A stretch of 27,786 nt of DNA from a candidate division TA06 bacterium (GTDB lineage Bacteria; Hydrothermota; DG-26; E44-bin18): the NCBI GenBank assembly GCA_004376575.1, contig SOJN01000138.1:1-27786 (forward strand). The letters are read 5' to 3'. How positions within the stretch are numbered: position 1 is the first letter of the stretch; every line of letters starts with the position of its first letter. The notes beneath the pieces were generated by a model, which was given only the letters and a program-made list of their open reading frames with translations, searched no databases and was not told where the DNA came from. This document shows positions 8,566 to 16,800 of this stretch, piece by piece. The position numbers and the translations under genes are program-made.

Positions 8566-9635
8566 ACAAGCTCCTTCGGCGCCCGCGTGAGGACATCACA
8601 TCCATCATCCCTCACCACAACAATATCTTCCAGCCTAACGCCCCCGTAGCCGGGGAGGTATATCCCGGGTTCTATTGTGAAAGCCATGTTCCGCTTGATC
8701 ACATCTTTAGATGTTGGATGAAGAAAGATGCCGCCTCTCATCAGGCCGCATGGATGACCAAGAAGATGTGGAAAAAAGTCACCGTAGCCCTTGTCTGTTA
8801 CGTATTCTCTGGCCACAGCATCGACTTCGGATGCGAGTCTGCCAGGCTTCAAAAAATCGATTGCCCTGAGTTGTGCAGTGAGCACAAGATTGAAGAGCTC
8901 CGTCTGCTTCTCGGTTGGCTTGCCATATACTCCCGTTCTGGTCAGATCCGATCCATACCCTTTGAAAACTGCACCCATGTCCACCATAATCAGTTCGTTT
9001 TTGCCCAATCTTCTCAAAGCAGGAACCGGATGGGGCTCAGCCGTATGTTCGCCAAAGGCTACTATGGTAGGGAATGACCTCCGCTCTCCCCCTTTCTCGT
9101 GAAGCCCGACGTCCATTTCCGATCTCAGTGTTAGTTCGGAGACGCCCTCCTCTACCAGTTTCAACTTCGCAGTGAAGGCTTCATCACTTATCCGCACGGC
9201 CTCCTTGAGCAGGTTGATTTCGTGTTCAGTTTTCACCATGCCCATTCTTGCCACCAGGTTTGCTGTCCTGACAGTCGTAATGCTTCCAAACGCATTCGCA
9301 TATTGGTCTGTTGTCACGGCCAACCTCTTCACCTTCTCCTTCCTGAAGATGGATCTTATCTCCTTCATATACTTGTAGTCACTCTTGACAAAGGCAAGAG
9401 TTTCGGCCTCTATCAGGTCGATATCCTCGGGGACAAGGCCTCTGATCTTGGAGAGAGTTATAAGGTCACAAATAAGGTATGGCTTGCTGGCAACAACCAG
9501 CACAGGGCTGATCTCGACATAGTTGAACGAAGCTTCTACACCGAGCAAGTAGAGGACCTCAAAGGGTGAGTCAACAAGAATGGCATCAAACTTGCGCCGT
9601 CTCATCTTCGCATGTAGCTTCTCGATTCTGTTCAT
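8541..9635 (-). CDS. M24-family metallopeptidase (Xaa-Pro aminopeptidase/dipeptidase), 364 aa
   Basis: Pita-bread fold metal-ligand motifs: VDMGAVFKGYGSDLTRT, HLLGHPCGL, FTIEPGIY, GVRLEDIVVV. The N-terminal creatinase-like domain is present. Confidence 0.8.
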   Translation of the reverse strand: MNRIEKLHAKMRRRKFDAILVDSPFEVLYLLGVEASFNYVEISPVLVVASKPYLICDLITLSKIRGLVPEDIDLIEAETLAFVKSDYKYMKEIRSIFRKEKVKRLAVTTDQYANAFGSITTVRTANLVARMGMVKTEHEINLLKEAVRISDEAFTAKLKLVEEGVSELTLRSEMDVGLHEKGGERRSFPTIVAFGEHTAEPHPVPALRRLGKNELIMVDMGAVFKGYGSDLTRTGVYGKPTEKQTELFNLVLTAQLRAIDFLKPGRLASEVDAVAREYVTDKGYGDFFPHLLGHPCGLMRGGIFLHPTSKDVIKRNMAFTIEPGIYLPGYGGVRLEDIVVVRDDGCDVLTRAPKELVWKREQSL

Positions 9636-9636
9636 T

Positions 9637-10587
9637 TCACTCCTTATCTCTCCTTGATATTTTCGATAGAGCCTTCTTCGACTCCTGAAGGTCTTTCTCT
9701 ATCTGAGCAGCCAGTGCTTTCTCACTTTCAAATTCAATCTCCTCTCTTATTCTGCGGTGAAACCGGACGGTAATTTCCTTGCCGTAGATATCTTCAGCAA
9801 ATCCAATGATGTGAACCTCCAGGGAGCGTTCTTTTTGTTTGAAAGTCGGGACACAACCGATGTTCATCACAGCTTGGTGCAACTTACCATCCACAAGAGC
9901 CATGACCGCATATACACCATCACCGGGAAGCAGCTTCCTTTCAGAGCTCAAGAGTACGTTTGCAGTCTTAAAACCAAGCTTGCCACCACGGCTTACCCCT
10001 TCAACAACCTTTCCACAGAGAGAATAGGGCCTCCCGAGCATCTTGTTCGCCAGTGGGACATCTCCTTCCATCAGTATTCTTCTTATTCTGGTACTGCTTA
10101 TGGGTAGGCCATCTAAGAGTGCGGGCGGCACGACGTCGATGTCAAATCCCAACCTCTTCCCCTCATCCCTCAGAAGGGAAATATCTCCTCTCCTGTGAAA
10201 ACCGAAGTGATGATCGTATCCAACAACAATTTCACGAACCTTCAACCCTTCAGAGAGAAATTGTGTTATGAAGTCCTTCGGCTTGATGTTCGCAAACGAT
10301 TTGTCAAACTGAACGGCAATCATGAATTCTACCCCGGTCTCTTCTACTATTCTCGCTTTCTCCTCTACAGTAGTCAGAACGAAGGGCTTAGTTGAACCAT
10401 CCACAACAGCTTTAGGATGAGGCTCAAAGGTGACGAGGGCCGAGGGGACGCCCCTCTTTTTCGCTCGCTCCAGCAGGCGGCCAATAATCTTCCTGTGGCC
10501 CAGGTGTACTCCGTCAAAGGTCCCAACGGTCGCAACAAGGCCAGGCACAACGCGGCCGAGATTCTTGATCTCTCTGTAGATCTTCAC
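9637..10587 (-). CDS. ribF: Bifunctional riboflavin kinase / FMN adenylyltransferase
   Basis: N-terminal FAD-synthetase motifs (GTFDGVHLGHRKII, VVGYDHHFG) and C-terminal flavokinase motifs (GFKTANV, LEVHIIGFAEDIYGKEITV). Start codon shares one nucleotide with the truB stop (TGATG-type coupling). Confidence 0.9.
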   Translation of the reverse strand: MKIYREIKNLGRVVPGLVATVGTFDGVHLGHRKIIGRLLERAKKRGVPSALVTFEPHPKAVVDGSTKPFVLTTVEEKARIVEETGVEFMIAVQFDKSFANIKPKDFITQFLSEGLKVREIVVGYDHHFGFHRRGDISLLRDEGKRLGFDIDVVPPALLDGLPISSTRIRRILMEGDVPLANKMLGRPYSLCGKVVEGVSRGGKLGFKTANVLLSSERKLLPGDGVYAVMALVDGKLHQAVMNIGCVPTFKQKERSLEVHIIGFAEDIYGKEITVRFHRRIREEIEFESEKALAAQIEKDLQESKKALSKISRRDKE

Positions 10588-11498
10588 TACGCGAGCACCC
10601 TCAAAGGGATGAGCATGCCTTTTTCTATTCTGCCTACTGCGATCAGATTCTCCCTGGCATCACAGACCCTCACAAGACGAGCTTCAGATCCACAACCAGG
10701 GTGATCGAATTCGACCATCTGGCCGAATTTGAAACTGGAGGAGTCTTTTGTTCCGAGGTTGACAATCGGAAACCTTCTGAGTGCATCCTTCATAGTCATC
10801 AGATGTTCTTCTATCCCAGAAACCATGTCTATGTCAATTGAATTCTTGAGTAGGTTTTCACCCACTCTCAATCTGACTAGATTATGGAGATGGCCGAGAC
10901 ATCCAAGTTTATCTCCAATGTCTCTGGCCAAAGCCCTGATATAGGTTCCCTTTGAACAGACAACTCTGATCTTGATGTCACCATCCTCGAAATCGACCAT
11001 TTCCAAATCTCTGATCTGGACCCTCCTGGCCGGTACTGCTGGCGGTGTCCCTTCCCTTGCCAATTCATGCAGTCTCCTGCCACCGACCTTTATGCAAGAG
11101 TATGTGGGGGGGATTTGTTCTATCTCCCCTTTGAAAGAATCCAGTACATTACTGATGAGGTCCACAGTAATACCTCTCACCTCTGCACGTTTCACTACTC
11201 TTCCAGTCGAATCGTCGGTCTCAGTTGCTGCTCCCAACCTCACAGTACCAACATACTCTTTATCGTCTTCAGAAAAGAATCTGATGATCTTTGTGGCTCT
11301 TCCACTGAGAACAACAAGAACCCCGCTCGCAGCCCTGTCAAGGATTCCTGTGTGGCCAACCTTTCTCTTGCCAGAAAGTTTTCTCACCTTCTGCACTACA
11401 TCGAAAGATGCGACCCCACGTTTTTTGTTTATGTTAAGCAGACCTTCCAGAGAGACCTCCGGGGAAAAAAAGAAGGGGAAGTACCTCCCCCTTCTCAC
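10587..11498 (-). CDS. truB: tRNA pseudouridine(55) synthase
   Basis: TruB motifs: VGHTGILD (catalytic Asp), KVGGRRLHELAREG, PUA-like C-terminus. The annotated GTG start gives an odd Phe-rich N-terminal extension, so the true start is probably a few codons downstream. Confidence 0.85.
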   Translation of the reverse strand: MRRGRYFPFFFSPEVSLEGLLNINKKRGVASFDVVQKVRKLSGKRKVGHTGILDRAASGVLVVLSGRATKIIRFFSEDDKEYVGTVRLGAATETDDSTGRVVKRAEVRGITVDLISNVLDSFKGEIEQIPPTYSCIKVGGRRLHELAREGTPPAVPARRVQIRDLEMVDFEDGDIKIRVVCSKGTYIRALARDIGDKLGCLGHLHNLVRLRVGENLLKNSIDIDMVSGIEEHLMTMKDALRRFPIVNLGTKDSSSFKFGQMVEFDHPGCGSEARLVRVCDARENLIAVGRIEKGMLIPLRVLA

Positions 11499-11517
11499 TC
11501 AGGATCTCGGAATTCAA

Positions 11518-12567
11518 TCAACGAAAACTGTAGTTGACTGAGAACCTGTAGTTCTCGGTATCAAACTCATAGAGTTCTGAGTCCACACCCAGGTCGAATT
11601 GGAAGTCTCTGAACTTTATGCCGCCGCCAAACGTGGGCCCCTTTCTTACTCCGTTCTCATCATTGAAGTAGCCGACCCTTGCCGAGAGGAAGTCGTTGTA
11701 GGTATATTCCACCCCGCCGCACTTCCATGCATCCCTGAATGTCTCGTTGAAAGAAGAGGTCACACCTACGAGAACACTGATAATCTCTCCAGACACGATG
11801 AGCCAGTTGGGCTCTTCCTCCAGCAGCCTATACGAGGCGCCAATTCTTAGAGTCCTCGGGAGAGGATCTGTGTCTCCGGCCTCCAGGTAGCGGAGGTCCG
11901 GCCCGAAATTCTGGAGCACTGTACTTAAGTACAGCCCTCTCAGCGGGGTCCTGTAAAGAATTCCGGCATCTGCACCCCAGCTTGATCCCGCGCCGCCACC
12001 CGGTTCGTTGTACAGATAAGCGATGAGCCAACCGGGAGCGAGGTAGCTATATATGAATTTCAAGCCAAATCCAATACTGATATCCTCCCTTATCTCCACT
12101 CCGTAAGACACACCCGCTGACAGATCAAATGTCCTGAATCTCGCAAGAGGAGTTCCGAACACATCTGTTGCCTGGGTTTCGCCAGTAGTCAAGTAAATGA
12201 TGTTAGCACCGATCACCCCAAGGCCCTTTACGGGATGGGCAAGTCCGAAATACTCATAGTACATGTCAGGATAGAGGCCGGTGAGCCAGTTGGAATGCAT
12301 GAGAGAAATCGCAGTTACATCTTGAAACCCCAGGCCGGCCGGATTGTAAAAGGGAGCCGTTGCATCATCAGCAATAGAAGAGAATGCGGCACCCATGCCA
12401 CTCGGTCTGGCCCCTGGAAATATGGTCAGAAAGATTGCGCCAGCCTGAGACGCAGTACCAAAACTTGCTCCAGCCCAGAGTAGAGTCGTCAGGGCCACTG
12501 TAATGATGGCCACAAAAAGCTGCTTCATCAATCTCCTCCGTAACATTTTGCGCCAGAAGACTGGCAC
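11518..12567 (-). CDS. Outer-membrane beta-barrel protein, PorV/PorQ-family (T9SS) or FadL-like, 349 aa
   Basis: Signal peptide, then the N-terminal motif GARPSGMGAAFSSIADDATAPFYNPAGLGF, which is characteristic of PorV/PorQ and also FadL/TodX barrels. The length (349 aa) fits PorV/PorQ better than FadL. It sits directly downstream of a T9SS-cargo gene. Confidence 0.5.
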   Translation of the reverse strand: MPVFWRKMLRRRLMKQLFVAIITVALTTLLWAGASFGTASQAGAIFLTIFPGARPSGMGAAFSSIADDATAPFYNPAGLGFQDVTAISLMHSNWLTGLYPDMYYEYFGLAHPVKGLGVIGANIIYLTTGETQATDVFGTPLARFRTFDLSAGVSYGVEIREDISIGFGLKFIYSYLAPGWLIAYLYNEPGGGAGSSWGADAGILYRTPLRGLYLSTVLQNFGPDLRYLEAGDTDPLPRTLRIGASYRLLEEEPNWLIVSGEIISVLVGVTSSFNETFRDAWKCGGVEYTYNDFLSARVGYFNDENGVRKGPTFGGGIKFRDFQFDLGVDSELYEFDTENYRFSVNYSFR

Positions 12568-12625
12568 AGGTTAATGATTATAGCCACTTGAACCGATAGT
12601 GTCAAGGCCTAGAGCCCTGCACAGT

Positions 12626-12895
12626 CTATCTCACAATGAGCAGCTTCTCTATGACCTCCGCTTTTGAACTGGTAGCAACCTCATGGGCGAATCCTTCTGT
12701 CTTAGCGATCACCTTATAAAGATACACCCCATTGGCTGGTCTGTCGCCGTCTTCGTCTTTTCCATCCCAGTATATCTGATGATATCCGGAACTGGTAAAT
12801 TCGCTCGACAGAGTCTTTATCAGCCTTCCCCCTATTGTATAGACTTTCACAGTAACTTTGCCGGGCTGGTTTATCGTGAAGGTGAAATACGTATC
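12626..12895 (-). other. T9SS type-A C-terminal sorting domain (within the C25 peptidase CDS)
   Basis: C-terminal about 90 aa: LNYPNPFENDTYFTFTI...KVYTIGGRLIKTLSS...YHQIYWDGKDEDGDRPANGVYLYKVIAKTEG... Confidence 0.7.
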
Positions 12896-15800
12896 GTTTT
12901 CAAACGGATTTGGATAGTTGAGCACCTCCCCGAGGCCCATCTCGTCTGGACCTACGGGTATGGCTATTACTGACATCTCGCTCCGATTCAGATAGTTGTC
13001 AGACGCTATGAAAGTGAGGCTGTCTCTTCCCGTATTACCTTCTGGAAGCTCCAGAGTATAATTGAACCTTCCTAAAGTATCGGACCCCTGATCGTAGTTG
13101 AACAACTCATTCAGGTGCACCGAATTGAGTTCGTCTCCATTGATCACCATTCTGAGAATCCTGTCCGGCCTGTCACCGAGATATATGCCGCTTTCATCTG
13201 ATATTATCCCCGTGATCTTGGATCCTACGTTCACAAAGAATGAGTCTGTGACTTCTCTCCCCTCGTGCTGAATCCGAATGTTGGGGCCTTCAAGATCAGT
13301 AATTGGTCCTGAGTTGCCCCCAACATAAAGAGAGTCCACCGCGCCTGAGCCGTCCCGCTGATCGTTCCAGACATATACAGAAACCCTACCATCATACCCT
13401 TCCCTTATGCTTCCCGACTCTATCTTCGGGACCCGGAAGGTGTGGGTGAACTTTCCTTGTTCAACAGAAACAAGTCCCCAGTAGAAAGGGTCGCCGGGAA
13501 GTTCATAATTTACGACTGACCCAAACTTTTGTGAAGTATCACTCTCCATGTGCGCTGAATCAAATGCGCGCAGCATTCCCCATCCTTCAAACGTGGAATC
13601 CTCCACCACTCCCTTTACCATTACCTTGGTCAGCCCAACCATGCTGTCTGGAATCACATCCAGAGAACACTGCAGAGCCGGCGGTGCAATTTTCACGGCT
13701 GGGTCACCAAAGATGAGGTAGTATTCTGCTGCGGCAACATGCGTACTGATCTTTGCAGCATAGACAATCTCGCCCGCAGTAGTCAGAGAACTGCTGCTGT
13801 ACATATTATCGAAAAGTTCGTATGAATACACGGCGTTAGCACCGCCGTAGGTAGGCCTCGAGGCCCCGAGTGACACAATGGTTCCACCATATGGAGTCTT
13901 GCTGATCAGTCCGCTCATTGACGAGGCTGTAGGTCTGTCGAAAAGGCCAACAGAACATGAACCATAGAAGTAAAAGGGGGCCATCCTGCCGTTTACAAGT
14001 CTGCTCACATCCTCAGGGCTCCTGAACACATTCTCGTGGGCGATTTTTTTTATGTTCCCGTGTCCAAGAAAAATGCCAGAGAAGACGCCGTTGTTTATGC
14101 AGTCAATCATGGCGTCCCTTGCGCCGGGCTTGTCTTCCCCAACCTTGGGATATTCAACCAGGTACACCTTCAGTAGATCTATCCTTGCAGGGATTATTCT
14201 TGAAAGATTCTCGCACTGATTTGTGAACTCAGAATCTCCGCTGCGAGGCTCCTGGTCGTCTGCAACAAGGAGAGCGCGGTTCTTCCATGCTCCAAGCAGT
14301 TCGTTCTGCTCGTAGTTGATGGCCTTGAGGGTAAGAATCCTTGCTTCCTCAATCGAAACGGCGTCAAACCTGCCCAGATACATATCAGCGTCGTTGTCAC
14401 CAGCGGTCAACCAGATAAACCAGTCGTCAAAACACGGATTCTCCCCCTCCGCGAACTTGTTCCTGCTGACCACAACATGACCTCTGACATGCGGCGGTAT
14501 GAAGTTCTTGGGATGTGCTAGTTTCAAATTGTTCTTATAGTCGTAGGTGGAGGCTCCAGCCAGAAGGCAATATGAGGGTGCCGGGTTCCAGTTAGACAGT
14601 GTCCACGCCAGAAAATCCCTTATTGCCGTCGGGTCCATGAGACCCCAGGAGAAATTGTCAAGCACATCTATCATCCCCATCATGGTAGCCTTTGGACTGG
14701 GTATGCCGGATATGTAGGAATTCCGCCACGAGATGAGGTCGGCTACAGCCGGCATAAAAGGCTCATGGCATATTGCCACATAGTCCGCCCCTCCCTGTTT
14801 GAGGTTGTTGGGCGAGTCCATTTCCAGCCTGATCGGTCTCAAGAAGCTTGTGGCAGCAGAATAGACCTGTGTAGTGAATATCTCGGCCTGAAGTGTAACC
14901 TCTGAACCTGCCTGGACATAATTGATTAGACGGGTGGGATGAAATGGATCAGTCACATTCAGAACAAACGGCGTGTCGCCCACATTCTCCAGTTTGTATT
15001 CAACAATATCGCTTTCAGCCGGGGTCTGGGTTGAGAACTCCAGTTTTCCTTCGGCGAGTCTGAAATCTCTTTCATATCTCAGGTCAAAGAAGTCTACGAA
15101 GATCCTGCTCTCTTCATCTGAGGAGTCAGGTGTTCCTCCTCGTGTCAACTCCACCTTTATGTCATTCCTTCCCTCTACCAGACTGTGTGCCGTTCCACCT
15201 ACCACAATCGGAGGATCCTTTTTCCCCGACATCCTGGGCCCGGGTTGGTCAACGATAAGTTCTCCATTTAGATACAATTTCACGTTCATCACAGTATCAG
15301 AATCGACGAAAAAGCCCATTCTCACATCGCAGGTCTCAGAGGCGACATCAACTGGATAGACCTGGGTGGTGAAGCTCGCCCTATCTGCCCCTGCATCTCT
15401 CTTCAAACGGTGCCAGATCCATCTAAGACCCGACCTCATGGGCGATTCAACTTCTTCTTCCAGATGTATCCTGTCTTCAAAAGCCAGGGGCCGCGTCGGG
15501 TCCGGGTCCTGTGGATAAACATCCAGTGTATCCATTCTTGGCCCTGGGGTTCCTCCCCACTTCAGCCAGTACACATTGGTCTCAGCATAGGGGTTCAGAA
15601 AATGGTAGAAAGAGTCGGCAGTAACATCAAGGCTCCAACCCGTTAATGAAACCGCGTAGAAGAGGATGTAATCTGAGGGGTCTATTCTTCCGTCTTCCTC
15701 ACCCTCAACATATATGGCCACCTCTATCGATTCAGGCCTGGGCGTACTCAGACTTTCCGGAAGAGGCCTGCTGCCTCCATTAATAAGAAGGAAGGTTCTG

Positions 15801-16621
15801 GGATCTACCAGCTCGACAGGAACTCCAGCAATTCTCAGATCATCATACGTGAGCTTGTAAATGCCTCTATCATTGAGCGATATCTTCACCCACTGTTGAA
15901 GGTCCAGGACTCCCATCGTCACTTTTGGAGCCCGCCGCCAGGTCCTTGATTGGGAGTAGTTGGCAAGGACAGACTGATAGAGTCTCTCAAAACCATCTCT
16001 GGGCAGGCTCGTCCCCGCATTCCTCCCGGTTCTATTGAACCTCACTCTAATTCTCACCTCTTCACACAGCTCTACAACACGCCTGCGGGCATCAAATCTC
16101 ACCGCAGATATTCCGATGTGAGCAACCCTCTGGTTTCTCAGGAATCCCGTCCCACTAACCTCTACGAATGCGCGCGGGATGAATCCGGACCTGTCATAGG
16201 AGGCAGGGTTGGCCTCGTATATATAACTCTCTAGCCCTAAGCTGTCGGCCACAATCCTCGGAACTGGTGCCAGAAGGAACTTCCGCAGGGTCCTCGTCTT
16301 GACACCCAACACCTCCACCGAAGGAGAAGCATCCAGAGGAATTCCCACGACCAGTTCCTTCTTGAGAATGGCCGGATCACCCGGTTTATCCGGAGCAGAA
16401 CAGCCTTCTGTGAAGAGTTGCCTGTAGGTTACGCCATCGACAGAAAGTGTCGCCTGATCGAACCTCGCCGTTCTGTAAACAAGATCAACATACTTATCGT
16501 TCTGAGGGACCACTGTGAGTTGTGGACGCTCGGCGCGCACAGTCGGGACGAGCAAGCACAAAAGAAGTGCAACGCTCGAGATAACTATGTATGAATTGAT
16601 ATTTGTAACCTTTGTCATCAT
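12626..16621 (-). CDS. Peptidase C25 (gingipain-like cysteine peptidase) with Ig-like spacer domains and a T9SS C-terminal sorting domain, 1331 aa
   Basis: Signal peptide. Clan-CD catalytic dyad context (FLGHGNIKK ... about 40 aa ... FYFYGSCSVGLFD, comparable to the gingipain GHG...C spacing). Long beta-rich C-terminal region. Terminal about 90 aa match the T9SS CTD pattern (NYPNPF...VKVYTIGGRLIKTL...GVYLYKV...). Start overlaps the Trm112-like ORF stop by 4 nt. Confidence 0.75.
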   Translation of the reverse strand: MMTKVTNINSYIVISSVALLLCLLVPTVRAERPQLTVVPQNDKYVDLVYRTARFDQATLSVDGVTYRQLFTEGCSAPDKPGDPAILKKELVVGIPLDASPSVEVLGVKTRTLRKFLLAPVPRIVADSLGLESYIYEANPASYDRSGFIPRAFVEVSGTGFLRNQRVAHIGISAVRFDARRRVVELCEEVRIRVRFNRTGRNAGTSLPRDGFERLYQSVLANYSQSRTWRRAPKVTMGVLDLQQWVKISLNDRGIYKLTYDDLRIAGVPVELVDPRTFLLINGGSRPLPESLSTPRPESIEVAIYVEGEEDGRIDPSDYILFYAVSLTGWSLDVTADSFYHFLNPYAETNVYWLKWGGTPGPRMDTLDVYPQDPDPTRPLAFEDRIHLEEEVESPMRSGLRWIWHRLKRDAGADRASFTTQVYPVDVASETCDVRMGFFVDSDTVMNVKLYLNGELIVDQPGPRMSGKKDPPIVVGGTAHSLVEGRNDIKVELTRGGTPDSSDEESRIFVDFFDLRYERDFRLAEGKLEFSTQTPAESDIVEYKLENVGDTPFVLNVTDPFHPTRLINYVQAGSEVTLQAEIFTTQVYSAATSFLRPIRLEMDSPNNLKQGGADYVAICHEPFMPAVADLISWRNSYISGIPSPKATMMGMIDVLDNFSWGLMDPTAIRDFLAWTLSNWNPAPSYCLLAGASTYDYKNNLKLAHPKNFIPPHVRGHVVVSRNKFAEGENPCFDDWFIWLTAGDNDADMYLGRFDAVSIEEARILTLKAINYEQNELLGAWKNRALLVADDQEPRSGDSEFTNQCENLSRIIPARIDLLKVYLVEYPKVGEDKPGARDAMIDCINNGVFSGIFLGHGNIKKIAHENVFRSPEDVSRLVNGRMAPFYFYGSCSVGLFDRPTASSMSGLISKTPYGGTIVSLGASRPTYGGANAVYSYELFDNMYSSSSLTTAGEIVYAAKISTHVAAAEYYLIFGDPAVKIAPPALQCSLDVIPDSMVGLTKVMVKGVVEDSTFEGWGMLRAFDSAHMESDTSQKFGSVVNYELPGDPFYWGLVSVEQGKFTHTFRVPKIESGSIREGYDGRVSVYVWNDQRDGSGAVDSLYVGGNSGPITDLEGPNIRIQHEGREVTDSFFVNVGSKITGIISDESGIYLGDRPDRILRMVINGDELNSVHLNELFNYDQGSDTLGRFNYTLELPEGNTGRDSLTFIASDNYLNRSEMSVIAIPVGPDEMGLGEVLNYPNPFENDTYFTFTINQPGKVTVKVYTIGGRLIKTLSSEFTSSGYHQIYWDGKDEDGDRPANGVYLYKVIAKTEGFAHEVATSSKAEVIEKLLIVR

Positions 16622-16800
16622 ATTTTTTCGGCTTCGTCAATCAGCATAACAGGTATGTCGTCCTCTATACGATAGGCAAGCTTGCATGGGCGGCAGATCA
16701 GTTTTTGAGCCTCCTGATCATATTCAAGACCGCCCTTGCACTTGGGACATGCCAGAACCTCTAATAACTCCTTCTTTAACAACTCACACCCCCATTTCAT
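16618..16800 (-). CDS. Trm112/YcaR-like (UPF0434) small zinc-ribbon protein, 60 aa
   Basis: Full-length match to the Trm112p-like pattern: LLEVLACPKCKGGLEYD....LICRPCKLAYRIEDDIPVMLIDEA. Overlaps both neighbours by 4 nt. Confidence 0.8.
   Translation of the reverse strand: MKWGCELLKKELLEVLACPKCKGGLEYDQEAQKLICRPCKLAYRIEDDIPVMLIDEAEKI

Noticed and set aside
8370-9077. 235-aa plus-strand ORF (and similar plus-strand ORFs at 3069..3575, 10972..11541, 11067..11537 and 18867..19391)
   Set aside because: All lie antisense to well-supported minus-strand genes (M24 peptidase, permease, truB, Omp85 fusion). Their translations are low-complexity or Ser/Pro/Arg-rich with no recognisable motifs. They are shadow ORFs of GC-rich coding sequence.
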